Part shown: piece after piece, positions 1 to 17,039 of the stretch
How the letters are laid out: every line of letters starts with the position of its first letter
How positions within the stretch are numbered: position 1 is the first letter of the stretch
Assembly (NCBI GenBank): GCA_009914755.4
Contig: CP086569.2
Span: 17,888,001 to 17,952,000, forward strand
Length of the DNA: 64,000 bases
Origin: the human T2T-CHM13v2.0 reference genome, Homo sapiens
Direction of reading: 5' to 3'
Program-made: the position numbers and the translations under genes
The notes under the pieces: generated by a model
Databases searched by the model: none
Seen by the model: only the letters and a program-made list of their open reading frames with translations
Told to the model about the DNA's origin: nothing

Positions 1-904
1 CAATGGAGCAATTCCTTCCCTGTGCTTACCAAATCACATCTATTAACAACATATTGATAAATTTCAATAATTTGATAATTCTATATGATCAGTTGCCTTT
101 CTGAAGGCTAAGTTTTCCTTTACTGTATTATTTTTCAGGCTTTGACAAACAATTTTGCTTAAAAATTCTAATAACTCTTCTTGTATTAGTGTATTCATAT
201 TTTAATATTTTTAAAGATTGTAAGTAAATAATGTGAAAGGAGGAGAAAAAGAAACAAAGGGGAGAATAACAGCACTAAGTCATCAATCTGTACTTCTTAG
301 TGTTGACTGGGGCAAAATTATCTTCATTTTTTTTAGAAAAGAAAAAAATATTGTCTTTTTTCCACTTGTATTATGTGGTCCACAGCACATAGTCAACACT
401 CATTGGACACCTGCCCAGTGAGCACATAGTCAACACAGCACACAGTCAACATTCATTGGACACCTGCCCACTCTGTTTCCAGCATTGGGTACACACTTGA
501 GCCACTAACTAGGGGAAGAGGACACTTCTGTCCTGGAATGCAGCTGGTAACTGGATTCTTGCATGGAGAAAAGACGGGCATTGTTTGAAAGTTATTTGGC
601 TTAATAAACACTTGTAAGTAAGCAACAGTCAAGGTGACATTTGATACCAAGTTTTGAAGAAGAGTGAAGTGCCCTCAGTGAACATGAGGCAAAGGTTTTT
701 TCTACTTCTGGGAAGAAGGGATAAAAGGAGACAGTAGAAAAGGAAACCGGATAAGAGAAGAATCAAAGGAAGATGAACATTGGGTATTGCTGTGTGTGTG
801 TGGTTTGTATGGAAGAAAACTCCACATGGTTAAGATATTGGGATTTAGAGAAGAGACATTTATAAAATACAGTCTTATTTACTGATTTAATAATTTTGAC
901 TTTT

Positions 905-1290
905 ATTTGGATTTGGGGGGAGTGTGTGCAAGTTTGTTACATGGGTATACTGCATGATGCTGAGGTTTGGGGTTCAATTGATCCCACCGAGTTAGTAAGT
1001 ATAATATCCAATAGTTTGTTTGTAACACTTGTCACCCTTTCTCCTTCTGCTTTCTAGTAGTTTCCAGTGTCTATTCATGCCATCTTTTTGTCCATGAATA
1101 TGTGATGATTAACTCCTACTTAAAAGGGTGAACATAGAGTATTTGTTTTTCAGCTCCTGTGTTAATTCTCTTAGAATACTGGTCTCCACCTGCATCTAGG
1201 TTGCTGCAAAGGACATGATTTTATTCTTTCTCATGGCTGTACAGTATTCCATGGTATATATTTATCAGATTTGCTTTATCCACTGTATTG
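905..1290 (+). mobile_element. L1 fragment (ORF2 3' / 3'UTR-proximal region, old subfamily)
   Basis: Matches the L1 consensus segment 'gtttgttacat..ggtat..tgcat' through 'ccatctagg..ttgctgcaaaggacatgat..ttctc..atggctgtacagtattccatggt'. Confidence 0.55.
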
Positions 1291-1789
1291 AGTTTCATAA
1301 TAATGAAAGAAAGCAAAACAGTTCTTCAGGAAGATACATTGGAAAAAATATGAACATGTGCTAAAAACAAAATGCTACACTGTAAAAATAGGTATTGCCA
1401 CTTATTTTTCTTCTCTGAAATCAGAAAAATTGATATTTCCTACTATGAATGCATCCATAAGAAGATCTGGTTCCGATAGGTTGAATCATCAATATTATCA
1501 TGATGTGCTTTTGTAAAGTAAGGGAAAATGTAGTTTTAGTAATTATTATAAAACAAATTCCCTAGCTTCTCCATTAATCTTTAGAAGCTCCAAAATGAAA
1601 TGATGAGATTTTTGTCTTATATTAGTTCAAATTATGATGTATGTTGAAAGTCATAAAATAAGTCAGATTTCTAAAGATATTTCCCAAGGTAGTATTCCTT
1701 CTAAATTAAAATAATTTGCTATAAGTATGTAAAGATGCAACTTTGGAAGAGTAATCTGGAATTAAAATTGTATGAAAAATATTCAAATA

Positions 1790-1945
1790 TTAGGCAGGTG
1801 CAAAAGTAATTGCGGTTTTTGCCATTAAAAGTAATGACATTGAAAGTAGTGGCAAAAACCACAATTACTTTTGTGGCTTTTGCAATTAAAAGTAATGCCA
1901 TTGAAAGTAGTGGCAAAAACCACAATTACTTTTGTGCCAACCTAA
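1790..1945. mobile_element. MADE1 (Hsmar1-derived MITE) carrying an internal ~60-bp tandem duplication
   Basis: The ends 'ttaggcaggtgcaaaagtaattgcggtttttgcc' and 'ggcaaaaaccacaattacttttgtgccaacctaa' match the MADE1 inverted termini. The internal segment 'attaaaagtaatg(a/c)cattgaaagtagtggcaaaaaccacaattacttttgtg' occurs twice in tandem. Confidence 0.6.
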
Positions 1946-3349
1946 CACAAACTTCTTGCTCTGGAAATTAGTACATACATATTTCTCATACAAGTCATGT
2001 GTAACTTAACATACTATGGAGGAATAATGAGATTTCTTTTGGTAGATAATCTGACAAATCTGTTGCACAATGAATATGAGCTGTTATATTTTGCTTCTAA
2101 CCTAAATGGGGGCTTTATTGTAAAAGTAGAACATTACACGGCAAGTGTCATAAAACACAAAACTTGAAGGGACTGAAACCACACTGCTAAAGCATCCTAT
2201 ATATTTTCTTCCTCATATTCTAGAAAAGCACAAATTCAGTAGAATCCACTATTCAGGAATCTCCAGGTTTGCTTTTAGTACAAGTTAGTGTTAATATATC
2301 AACATATTCATATTGGCCTTAGGTCAAGTCAGTGATGGGGACACCTTGACTCAACAGAGACTTAAACCTAAGTCATTTTGGGTGACAAAGATGCTACTGT
2401 TGCTGATCTTTTAGTTTTGGAGCCACTTTCAGAATTTGACAGATTATTGTAACAGATGTGGTAAAATTTTACGAAGCCTGGTTCAGTGAATAGAATCATT
2501 AAGATGTTTCTCCTAAAACAGAGGTAAGTAAATGATGCTTTATGTAGTTCTATGTTGGTCCTCTGTTTAAGGATGATGTTTAAGGATGGCCAGCCCTAAA
2601 AGGATGAGCAGCCACTTGCCTTCCAGTTTTGTAGATAACGATTAATATATCTTCCCTTCATTCAAAGGAATCACTTGGCTGTCACTTCCGATGATCCGCA
2701 AACTTCAGACCTCCAGGGACATTAAAGCCGGTCACAGGTGATAAACTCCATTCTTAGCACTTTGTCTGATTATTTAGAAACAAAACAATAAACAATAACA
2801 AAACAATGGTTCCCTGTTAAAATGTGAATTTCAGATAAACAATGAGCACATTTTTAAAGGTATGAGTATATCCCAGATATTACATGGGACATGCTTATAC
2901 TAAGAAAAAAAAATTGTGAATCTGAAATTTAAGGGCATCTTTCATTTTAGGTACCAGCTCTTCCTAATTGTCAGTCCCAGAGGTGACCCATTGTCAGGTC
3001 AACCTATTTGAAAGCCCTGGCAGCAGATAAAACTTGGCCACATTTATCCCGCGAATGTACCTTGTTCCTACTACAAAGCAAATCCACTAGTGTTCAGATG
3101 TGTCATAAGGAATCTCAGTTGCATATCACTTGCTGGGAGGAGACTGATTAAACTTCAGTTATTTGCTTATAACCATAACCTATATCTACATCATATAGCC
3201 AGCTCATTTAGCAAGCTTCAGGAATTTGTGAAATAAGGCTCAAAACATCACATGTACCACATAAATATGTACACCTACCATTTACCCACAAAAATCTAAA
3301 AAAAAAAACTCAAGAGAAACAATAACCCATTGGAAGACATCAGTGTGAA

Positions 3350-3354
<5 letters not shown>

Positions 3355-3383
<29 letters not shown>

Positions 3384-3398
3384 GATACACACACAGCA
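3355..3398. repeat. (CA)n microsatellite
   Basis: A run of 'acacacacac' directly visible in the sequence. Confidence 0.9.
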
Positions 3399-3530
3399 CA
3401 ACAGGATTTTGGCAGTTATTTTTGTCCCCCCTAAAAAGCTAACATTTTCACAATTCAACTGGAAAAAAAATGTGTTATTTGATGGAGTCCTAGGTGGCAT
3501 TAGAAAAAAGCAGCTTGAAATCTTACTGTC

Positions 3531-4435
3531 GGGCGGAGGAGCCAAGATGGCCTAATAGGAACAGCTCAGGTCTACAGCTCCCAGCATGAGCGAAGCAGAA
3601 AACGGGTGATTTCTGCATTTCCATCTGAGGTACCGGGTTCATCTCACTAGGGAGTGCCAGACAGTGGGCGCAGGTCAGTAGGTGCGCACACCATGAGCGA
3701 GCCAAAGCAGGACGAGGCATTGCCTCACTCAGGAAGTGCAAGGAGTCAGGGAGTTCCCTTTCCTAGTCAAAGAAAGAGGTGATGGACGACACCTGGAAAA
3801 TTGGGTCACTCCCACCCGAATACTGCACTTTTCCAATGGGCTTAAAAAATAGCCCACAAGGAGATTATATCTCACACCTGGCTCGGAGGGTCCTACGCAC
3901 ACCGAGTCTTGCTGATTGCTAGCACAGCAGTGAGATCAAACTGCAAGGCAGCAGTGAGGCTGGGGTAGGGGCGCCCGCCATTGCCCAGGCTTGCTTAGAT
4001 AAACAAAGCAGCCAGGAATGTCAAACTGGGTGGAGCCCATCACAGCTCAAGGATGCCTGCCTGCCTCTGTAGGTTCCACCTCTGTGGGCAGGGCACAGAC
4101 AAACAAAAAGACAGCAGTAACCTCTGCGGACTTAAATGTCCCTGTCTGACAGCTTTGAAGAGGGCAGTGGTTCTCCCAGCACGCAGCTGGAGATTTGAGA
4201 ACCAGCAGACTGCCGCCTTAAGTGGGTCCCTGACCCCTGACCCCAAGCAGCCTAACTGGGAGGCACCCCCCAGCAGGGGCAGACTGACACCTCACACGGC
4301 TGGGTACTCCAACAGACCTGCAGCTGAGGGTCCTGTCTGTTAGAAGGAAAACTAACAAACAGAAAGCACATCCACACCAAAAACCCATCTGTACATCACC
4401 ATCATCAAAGACCAAAAGTAGATAAAGCCACAAAG
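3531..4435 (+). promoter_or_regulatory. L1 5'UTR (internal pol II sense promoter region; YY1 core 'aagatggcc' retained, adjacent CpG lost)
   Basis: Position and sequence homology to the L1PA 5'UTR. Promoter function is inferred from knowledge of the family, not read from this sequence. Confidence 0.5.
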
Positions 4436-5452
4436 ATGGGGAAAAAACAGAGCAGAAAAATTGGAAACTATAAAAAGCAGAGCGCCTCACCTCCTCCAAA
4501 GGAACACAGTTCCTCACCAGCAACGGAACAAAGCTGGACGGAGAATGACTTTGACGAGTTGAGAGAAGAAGGCTTCAGATGATCAAATTACTCTGAGCTT
4601 TGGGAGGACATTCAAACCGAAGGCAAGGAAGTTGAAAACTTTGAAAAAAATTTAGAAGAATGTATAACTAGAATAACCAATACAGAGAAGTGCTTAAAGG
4701 AGCTGATGGAGCTGAAAACCAAGGCTCGAGAACTATGTGAGGAATGCAGAAGCCTCAGGAGCCGATGTGATCAACTGGAAGAAAGGGTATCAGCGATGGA
4801 AGATGAAGCGAATGAAATGAAGCGAGAAGGGAAGTTTGGAGAAAAAAGAATAAAAAGAAATGAACAAAGCCTCCAAGAAATATGGGACTATGTGAAAAGA
4901 CCAAATCTATGTCTGATTGGTGTACCTGAAAGTGACGGGGAGAATGGAACCAAGTTGAAAAACACTCTGCAGGATATTATCCAGGAGAACTTCCCCAATC
5001 TAGCAAGGCAGGCCAACATTCAGATTCAGGAAATACAGAGAACACCACAAAGATACTCCTCGAGAAGAGCAACTTCAAGACACATAATTGTCAGATTCAC
5101 CAAAGTTGAAATGAAGGAAAAAATGTTAAGGGCAGCCAGAGAGAAAGGTCGGGTTACCCTCAAAGGGAAGCCCATCAGACTAACAGTGGATCTCTTGGCA
5201 GAAACTCTACAAGCCAGAAGAGAGTGGGGTCCAATATTCAACATTCTTAAAGAAAAGAATTTTCAAATCTGAATATCATATCCAGCCAAACTAAGCTTCA
5301 TAAGTGAAGGAGAAATAAAATACTTTAAAGAGAAGCAAATGCTGAGAGATTTTGTTACCACCAGGCCTGACCTAAAACAGCTCCTGAAGGAAGCGCTAAA
5401 CATGGAAAGGAACAACCATCACCAGCCACTGCAAAATCATGCCAAAATGTAA
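4436..5452 (+). pseudogene. L1 ORF1 (ORF1p) inactivated by two in-frame nonsense codons
   Basis: Translation from the ATG at 4436 gives MGKKQSRKIGNYKKQSASPPPKEHSSSPATEQSWTENDFDELREEGFR*, a TGA at 4580..4582 where the consensus has CGA. The same frame then continues as the ORF-track entry 4706..5272 to a second TGA at 5270. It stays in frame to the native TAA at 5450..5452. I see no frameshift. Confidence 0.85.
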
Positions 5453-5512
5453 AGACCATCAAGACTAGAAAGAAACTGCATCAACTAACGAGCAATATAA
5501 CCAGCTAACATC

Positions 5513-9349
<3,837 letters not shown>

Positions 9350-10484
9350 ACAATAAGAGCACATGGACACAGGAAGGGGAACATCACCCTCTGGGGCCTG
9401 TTGTGGGGTGAGGGGAAGGAGGAGGGACAGCATTGGGAGATATACCTAATGCTAGATGACGAGTTAGTGGGTGCAGCACACCAGCATGGCACATATATAC
9501 ATATGTAACTAACCTGCACATGTGCACATGTACCCTAAAACTTAAAATATAATAATAAAAAAATATAAAAAATAAAAATAAATTTAAAAAAGCAGCTTAT
9601 CTTGGTACATTAAAAAATTGACTGGTAGAAATTATTTGAGAATATTGTCCTTTATGTGTATAAGCAGCTGCCAATAGTTAAATTTAGATTATAAAAAGTA
9701 TATTTCTTATTAGTTATTTAAAGTTGTATTTCTTTTTACTTTACTTTCCGTGTCTATTTTTACCCTGGGAAAAAAGTAAAATGGTGTTTTACGTGTCTAA
9801 GTAACACCTTTGTTCCTGGTCACAACTGCTTCAAAGATGGAAAAATACAAATTTGGAGTTTCTCTAATTGGACTACATTGTTCAATGACAGAAGGATGCT
9901 TCATGCCAGAAGGATGCCCAGATTCCACTGGATTTGAGCAGCGGTGAGACTTTAAAATACTAGGTTTGAAGAATTTGATGACTTACTGAAATGTTGACAT
10001 GTAAACTTACATTAAGATTTATTTTGAATTTCTATCCCCACAGTAAAAACCACAAGGAAGGAAATCTGGCTTGTATTTATTGCTCAGTAAGAGTTGTTAT
10101 ATCCGTTAAAATAATGCTGCAAGGTACTGGTCTGTGCTTTCTGAGGTCTTTGCAGAGCGGGATCTTTAAATTTTCATTTTGGTGGCATTATTAAAGTCAG
10201 ATGTAATCTCACAGGGTGGAGCACATGGTTCATTTTTCCATGTTGTAGACACATTTTTCATCATAACATAATACCACAAATAAAGTCATTTTCTGACCAG
10301 TGGATCTGAACTAGGAGTAATTTTCCTCACTAGGCAAAATTTAGAAAGGTTTTACAAGTCATTCTCACATTGCTTGTTGGGACGCAGTATTCAGGTTTGC
10401 TACATAAATTGTGTGTCATGGGAGTTTGGTGTACAGATTATTTTGTCACCCGGGTGATAAGCATCATATCGAATAGTAGTTTTT

Positions 10485-10556
10485 TTTTTGTTTTTTTTTT
10501 TTTGTTTGTTTGTTTGTTTGTTTGTTTATTGCTGTGGTTGTTGCTGTTGTTGTTCT
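10485..10556. repeat. T-rich / (GTTT)n / (GTT)n simple repeat
   Basis: Sequence 'ttttttttttgttttt...gtttgtttgtttgtttgtttattgctgtggttgttgctgttgttgtt'. Confidence 0.85.
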
Positions 10557-10605
10557 TTGAGATTGAGTCTTTCACTCTGTAGTCAGGCTGGAATGCCGTG
10601 GTGAG

Positions 10606-10978
10606 AACATGCAGGTTTTGGATTTCTGTTCTTGCATTAGTTTGCTAAGGATGATAGCCTCCATATGCATTCGTCTTCCTGCAAAAACAGGATCTCATTC
10701 TTCTTAGGACTGTCCATTGAGTATAGGCACTATGTTTTCTTTATTCAGTCTACCGGTGATGGGTATTTAGGTTGATTCTATGTCTTTGCTATTGTGAATA
10801 GTACTGTGATGAACATGTGAGTGCATGTGTAGTTTGATAGAAGGACTTATCTTCCTTTGTATATATATCCAATTATAGGATAGCTGGGTCAAATGGCCAT
10901 TATAAGTTCTTTGAGAAATTGCAAAGCTGCTTTCCATGGCAGCTGAACTAATTTACACCCACATCAGCAGTGTACAAG
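10606..10978 (+). mobile_element. L1 fragment (ORF2 3' region), split by the LTR12-like insertion; resumes at about 11569..11650
   Basis: Matches L1 'gtttgctaagg..atgatagcctcca..tgatgggtatttaggttgattctatgtctttgctattgtgaatagt' through 'ctaatttacacccacatcagcagtgtacaag'. The L1 collinear sequence continues downstream at 'tctcaacaacctcatcagcatctgtt'. Confidence 0.6.
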
Positions 10979-11564
10979 TGAGAGGAGAAGCCAGCTGGAC
11001 TTTCTGGGTCGAGTGGGGACTTGGAGAACTTTTCTGTCTTACAAGAAGGTTGCAAAATGCACAAGTCCACACTCTGTAAAAATGCAGCAATCAGCTCTCT
11101 GTAGCTAGCAAAGCAACTGTAAAATTCACCAATCAGTACTCTGTAAAAACACACCAATCAGCAGTCTGTAGCTAGCAAAAGGATTGTAAAATGCACCAAT
11201 CAGCCCTCAGTAAAATGGACCTATCAGTGCTCTGTAAAACACACCAATCAGCAGAATCATAAAAGTAGCCAATCACAGGAAGGATTGAAAAAAAGGCATT
11301 CTGATAGGACAGAAACAGAACATGGGTGGGGTCAAATAAGGGAATAAAAGCTGGCCACACAAGCCAGCAGCCTCAACCCACTCTGTTCCCATGCCATGGT
11401 GTGGTAGCTTTGTTCTTTCACTTTTTACAGTAAACTTTTCTACCACTCACTCTTTGCATCCTTGCCATCTTTAAGAGCCGTAACATTCACCTCAGAAGTT
11501 CATGGCTTCATTCTTGGATTCAGCAAGACCACGAACCCACCAGCAGGAACCAACTCCAGATACA
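10979..11564 (+). mobile_element. LTR12-family (HERV9-type) solo LTR, short or old variant, with a 4-bp TSD CAAG
   Basis: Has TG..CA termini. Repeated 'caccaatcag' CCAAT motifs are followed by 'aataaaagctggcc' and the R/U5-like 'agccgtaacattcacc..accacgaacccaccag', as in LTR12. The flanks carry 'caag' on both sides. The element is CpG-depleted. Confidence 0.55.
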
Positions 11565-13887
11565 CAAGCATTCTCTTTTCTCAACAACCTCATCAGCATC
11601 TGTTATTTTTTTACATTTTTAATAGTCATGCAAGAAGCACTATTTTAGGTAACTGATTTTATTTCGGCGAAAAAATAAAATCTCTTTAGATGGGATAAAA
11701 TTAAGACTTTATGTATTTGCAACATTATATCTTATCTGTCGATCTATATTCATCTATATCTATTTATATTTGTACGTACATATGTGTAAATTCACATAGA
11801 AATTTACGTATTTTAAGTATAAATCACAATAAAATATTAATTTTATCAATATTTGCGTATTTCTTTACTTATTTACTATTTATTTAAAAATATATTGTTT
11901 ATTTCAATATTTATTAATATAAATTCATATGTGTGTTTTTAAGCATTTTTAAAACTTTTTTAAGACTTTTCTTGTTATCCCCAAAACACAAATGACAGAG
12001 TGGTAAGTCCAAAAACTCATTTTAAATACACACATCCCTCAAAATAGTATAAACTTTTTTCTCCTGTTAAAAGCACTATTTTAGGTATTCTATTAACCAG
12101 CCCTAGTTGTCTATTGAATGAAGGGGTCACCCATAATTTTTTCTTCACCTGCTGCTGAGCAGTTCAGCCACTGCAGGGATTCCCCTCACTTCTAAGGGAG
12201 CCCAGCAATTTCTGCCTTGCTTAGCTGCTTGCATTCTTCACACTCCATAGGGAAAATCCAGCCCCCGCTGGGGTCGCCAAATCATGTCATGAGTCTGCAT
12301 CCACCTGGCTAACTCCCTACAACAAAGCAGAGTCAATAATGAATAGTACTGCCTCCAAGAAACCCTGCTGTCCTGAAATTCTAGGTGTCCTTGCACTGTG
12401 GCAACTGCTGAGAGTTCTACTTAAGTTTGGCCATTTTTAACTTCCCTGCGCATATCTTACATAAATCCCCATCATCTGAAATAATTTGTTTGCATCCCCA
12501 TCCTCGTGATCTAAAATTGCCAAAATGCATCATTTACACATACCATTTTCTAGGAGGTTTGGACCCATCAATGCCGATGACTAATATACTTGGGGTCAAG
12601 GCTTGATGTCATGAATCTTGAAGAATTTTCTGCAAACATGTACTTCAGACTTGTCATAAAACAGCGGGATATCCTGTCCATGTTTATTATTTTTAGTTTT
12701 GTACTGGGGCAGGTAATGATTAAAACACCATTCAATAAAATTGAAAACAAAAATTGGAAAGAAATTTAAAGAGATGTTTATAATTGTTAAAAAATGACTG
12801 AGACTGACAGAAAGCGCAGATTACCAAAGTAAAAAATCAAAAGGAGAACTACAGATCATGGACACTGAAAGGAAAATAAGAGAGTATTATAACCAACCAA
12901 ATTTATGACTATGTATGACTATACATCTGATGACTTAGAGGAAATAGAAACATTCTGAGAAAAGCATAACATTGTGAAACCAACACAAGAAGCCACAGAA
13001 AATTTGGGCACTATATCTAGTAAAGAAAGAAAAAAAATTATTAATTATGGATTTCAATATTAATTTGGGTCTCAAAAATTGAAGATGGGTTTCAACATTT
13101 CCCATAAATGAAACTTCAGATACTGATTGTTTTCCTAGTAAATTCCACCAAATATTTATGATGGAAACAATGCTAAATGTATACAAACTCAATGTTACAG
13201 AATTACAGAATAAGGAAAATGTATGTAACTTCTTTAATGTCATTAATATAATCCTAATACCTAAATCTTACTACAACATTATCCCTTCCCATCCCATCAG
13301 GCCATATCTTTCATGACATACATACCAAAATTCTTTATAAAAATGAGCCATATGTAATATGGACTGTACATAAAGACAGTCCATATTTCAAACAACAATT
13401 ATTTAAACTGATTTCTGTGACAAAATATAAAAGAACTATCAATATAGAAAAATTGTGGACCACATGAATTTGTTTATTTTTAAACCAGCAAATGAATTTT
13501 AAGCTGAGAAATCAACACTTTTATCCTAAACCATCTGGATAAAACATGTAAAATATTGCATATCTAAAACTATAGTATGAATAAAGCTGAAGAGACATCC
13601 CCAAAGGTAAACACCTTTAATAATAAACAAATGAACATGAATCAATTATACTCAACTTGTTTAAAAGAAAACAAAATATTATTAAATAGATAAGAAAAAA
13701 ATAATTCTTAAATATAATAACTTCCTGCTTAGTTGAGGGGTTGGTTCTGTTGGATACAAAATCAAAGTTATATAAATAGCTAATCTCTCTGAGAAAAAGA
13801 AGAAAAGAATCAATGGAAAAATTTATAAAAAACAAAAAGGAAGCAAATAGAAAAACTAAATTTAACACAATTAAGAGTGTGACAACA

Positions 13888-14145
13888 GGCTGGGCATGGA
13901 GGCTCATGCCTGTAATCCCAACTCTTTGGGAGCCCAAGGCAGATGGGTCACCTGAGGTCAGGAGTTCGAGCTCAGCATGGCCAACATGGTGAAACTCCAT
14001 CTCTACTAACTATAAAAAAAAAAAAAAATTAGCCAGATGTGGTGGTGGGTGCCCATAATCCCAGCTACTCAGGAGGTCAATGCTACAGTGAGCCATGATT
14101 GCACTCTGCATTCTGGGTGACAGAGAGAGACCCTGTCTCAAACTA
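13888..14145 (+). mobile_element. Alu (right arm carries an internal deletion)
   Basis: Begins 'ggctgggcatggaggctcatgcctgtaatccca' and ends 'gagaccctgtctcaaa'. The middle A-rich linker is present. Confidence 0.85.
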
Positions 14146-14813
14146 GGTTAGAAACGGACTCTTTTTGTAAAAAATAAATAAATAAATGTAAGTGTACTGA
14201 TTGCTTAATGAATTGATGAGTATTTACTGGAAGAGTGTGTCATAGAATTTAGGTTTGGAAATTCTGTGTTAGAGCAGCACTTTTCTACCATGCTTCAAGT
14301 ATTTCAATCCCCTGGGATTCTGCTTAGTGCAGGTTTCAATTCTTTATTTCTAGGGTCGTGTCTTTGATTCTGCATTTCTAACAATCTCCCAGCTTAGACT
14401 AATTCTATCCATTCATGGACCACCCTTGGAGTGGAATGAGGTCAGAGCAGAAAGTTAAGAGGTAGAGAGTATGGAGAAATGAGGCTTGCACAGCTTGGAC
14501 TAGTGTGTTAATTAGTTTTGATGATATCCTGCAGGTGACAGGCAGCCATTGAAGAGTTAGAAGGAGCTAAATGATCATGCATGTTTTCAGGAGTATCTTC
14601 TGAATGGAGGGTAGGTTTGACATCATTAACCTTAGGGGAAAGACCCATGTAGACAACTTTGTAACAGGCAAACTAGGAGAAGACAAAGGTGTGAACCAAA
14701 CTAGTAATCTATAGGAGAGTTGTGAGATTTTCAGGAAATGTTTGGAAGTTTCAATAATCAGAATGTGACCATTTATCTGGGGAGGTGATGAATGTGGGAG
14801 GTAAAGCTTAAGG

Positions 14814-15350
14814 CAGCAGTTTCCAACCTTTTTAGCACCAGGGACTGGTTTAGTGAAAGACAATTTTTCCACAGGCCAGCAGTGGGGAGGATGGTTTTGA
14901 AATGATTCAAATGCATGACATTTAATTGCACACTTTTTTTGCTATTATTATTACACTGTAATATATAATGAAATAATTTTACAACTCAAACTCAGCATCA
15001 TGTAGAATCAGTGGGATCCCAGGGCTTGTTTTCCTAGAACTAGATGGTCCTATATGGAGTGATGGAAGACAGCGACAGATCATCAGGCATTAGATTCTAA
15101 TAAGAAGCACACAACTTAGAACCTTTGCATGTCCAGTTCACAATAGGGTTAAAATTCCTATGATAATCTAATGCCACTGCTGATCTGACAGGAGGCAGAG
15201 CTCCGGTGGTGACACAAGTGATTGGGAGAGGTTGTAAATACAGATGAAGCTTCACTCATTTGCCTGTCACTCACTTCCTGCTGTGTAACCTGGTTTCTAA
15301 CAAGCCACAGACTAGTACCTGCCCATTGCTCAGAGTTTGAGCACCCCAGT
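14814..15350. mobile_element. MER-type nonautonomous interspersed repeat (probable DNA-transposon MITE; exact family not recalled)
   Basis: Contains 'gcagcagtttccaacctttttagcaccagggactggtttagtgaaagacaatttttccac', 'atcatcaggcattagattctaataagaagcacacaac' and 'aatctaatgccactgctgatctgacaggaggcagagctc'. These are hallmark segments of a common human repeat whose name I cannot state with certainty. Confidence 0.4.
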
Positions 15351-16310
15351 CTTAACAGGAAAATAAGATAAGCTTGATGATTTTTTTTTTCTAGCATGAG
15401 TGGTTGGTACATCACATGGAAAGAGGAAATGCATACAGGTGGACCAGCCACTTAGGCAGAGACATGCTGAGTGTTTTGTAGCCTTGCTGACTTTAAGTGT
15501 CTGTGCACATCCAGGAAGGCACCATCAGTATGAGGTTGGAAGTGTGAGAATGAAACTAGTGGAAGTGCATCTGTGATATAGATACAAAAGAGGTGCAGAG
15601 CTGGTAAGTGAAAAAAAGTGTGCATGCTGTGACAGCTCAGGGAACAATGTAAAGTGAGGAAATCAATGGACCTTATAACATAGAAAACACCAGCAAGTTA
15701 AGGTAGATAAAGGGAGAAAAATCAACAGACCCAATAACAAAACAACAGCAAGTAGGGTTAGATAAATGGAGAAGAAACCCTTGAGGAAGGCAGAGGGGAG
15801 AAGTTCAAGGAAAACAGACATACATCATGTCACCATAGGAGAGTTTTCTAGACATGATGAACCTCTAGCTTAAGCTGGGATTGTGAAATGGATTCTACAT
15901 TGTAAAAAGATGCCTGATGTGATTGGAATAACAGGTTGCAGTGTGATTAATCCTAAAATGGGAGCTGTTCCAGGGAGAGGCCAGTAAGACATTTCTGTGG
16001 AGTTTGAATGGATGTTTGTAGAGAGGAAGGATGGTTGAGGAATATGAGAGATGAGGGTAAGCAGACAGGTAACAGGTAACAGGTAACAGCCTGACTGTTA
16101 GTCAGGCTGAAGGGCAATGGTAAGTGGACTTTTTTTCTTGAATTCCAGTCTGCACAATGTCAGATTTTCTTAACTATTCATCTTCTTGGGTGTGTAAAGT
16201 AACTGATGAATGGGGAAAAAAGTAGGACTGGGGATCCGCACACAAGGAAGAGAGAGGAGAATACTGAATCCAGCCGGCTAGAGAGAATTGTTCAGATATT
16301 CAATCATGGG

Positions 16311-16998
16311 TGTATTAGTCTGTTCTTACACTAATAAAGTCATATCCAAGACTGCATAATATATAAAGGAAAGAAGTTTAGGCCGAGTGAAGTGGCTCAC
16401 GTCTATAATCCCAGCACTTTGGGAGGCCGAGGTGGGTGGATCACGAGGTCAGGAGTTCAAGATCTGCCTGACCAATATGGTGAAACCCCATCTCTACTAA
16501 AAATAGAAAAATTAGCTAGGTGTGGTGGCACTTGCCTGTAATCTCAGCTACTCAGGAGGCTGAGGCAGGAGAATTGCTTGAACCACGGAGGCAAACGTTG
16601 CAGGGAGCCAAGATTGTACCACTCTACTCCAGCCTGGGCAACAGAATAAGACTTCATCTCAATGGAATAAACAATTAAAATAAAATGAAAATAAATAAAA
16701 GACAGAGACTCAATGGACTCACAGTTCCACATGGCTAGGGAAGCCTCACAGTCATGGCAGAAGGTGAAGGAGAAACAAAATCACATTTTACATTGCAGCA
16801 GGCAAGAGAGTGTATGCAGGGGAACTACCCTTTATAAAATCATCAGAACCCATTAGACATACTCACTATTGCAAGAACAGCATTGGAAAGACCCATGCTA
16901 GTGATTCGATTACCTCTCTTGTGGTCCCTCCAATGACACATGGGAATTCCTGGACCTACAATTTGAGATTAGGGTGGGGACACCGCCAAACCATATCA
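16311..16998 (-). mobile_element. MaLR THE1/MST-type LTR (minus orientation) interrupted by an Alu
   Basis: Starts 'tgtattagtctgttcttacactaataaagtcatatccaagactg..ataaaggaaag' and ends 'gggtggggacaccgccaaaccatatca'. Together these are the reverse complement of THE1 'tgatatggtttggctgtgtcccc...ggactaatacag'. Confidence 0.7.
16381..16665 (+). mobile_element. AluS inserted into the THE1/MST LTR
   Basis: Begins 'ggccgagtgaagtggctcacgtctataatcccagcactttgggaggccgaggtgggtggatcacgaggtcaggagttcaagat' and ends 'cagaataagacttcatctcaa', followed by an A-rich tail. Confidence 0.9.
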
Positions 16999-17039
16999 AA
17001 GGGTTAGAACCTTTCTAGGAAACAGTATGACTATTTCTC

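Noticed and set aside
10556-10605. Alu-like 50-bp segment 'gagattgagtctttcactctgtagtcaggctggaatgccgtggtgagaacatgca'
   Set aside because: It is too short and divergent to call. It may be a FLAM/FRAM scrap or chance similarity next to the T-rich repeat.
12070-12560. Possible LTR-like element ('tgtctattgaatgaagggg..' through '..cattttctagg')
   Set aside because: I could not match it confidently to any consensus I remember, and I saw no TG..CA termini or TSD. I left it unannotated.
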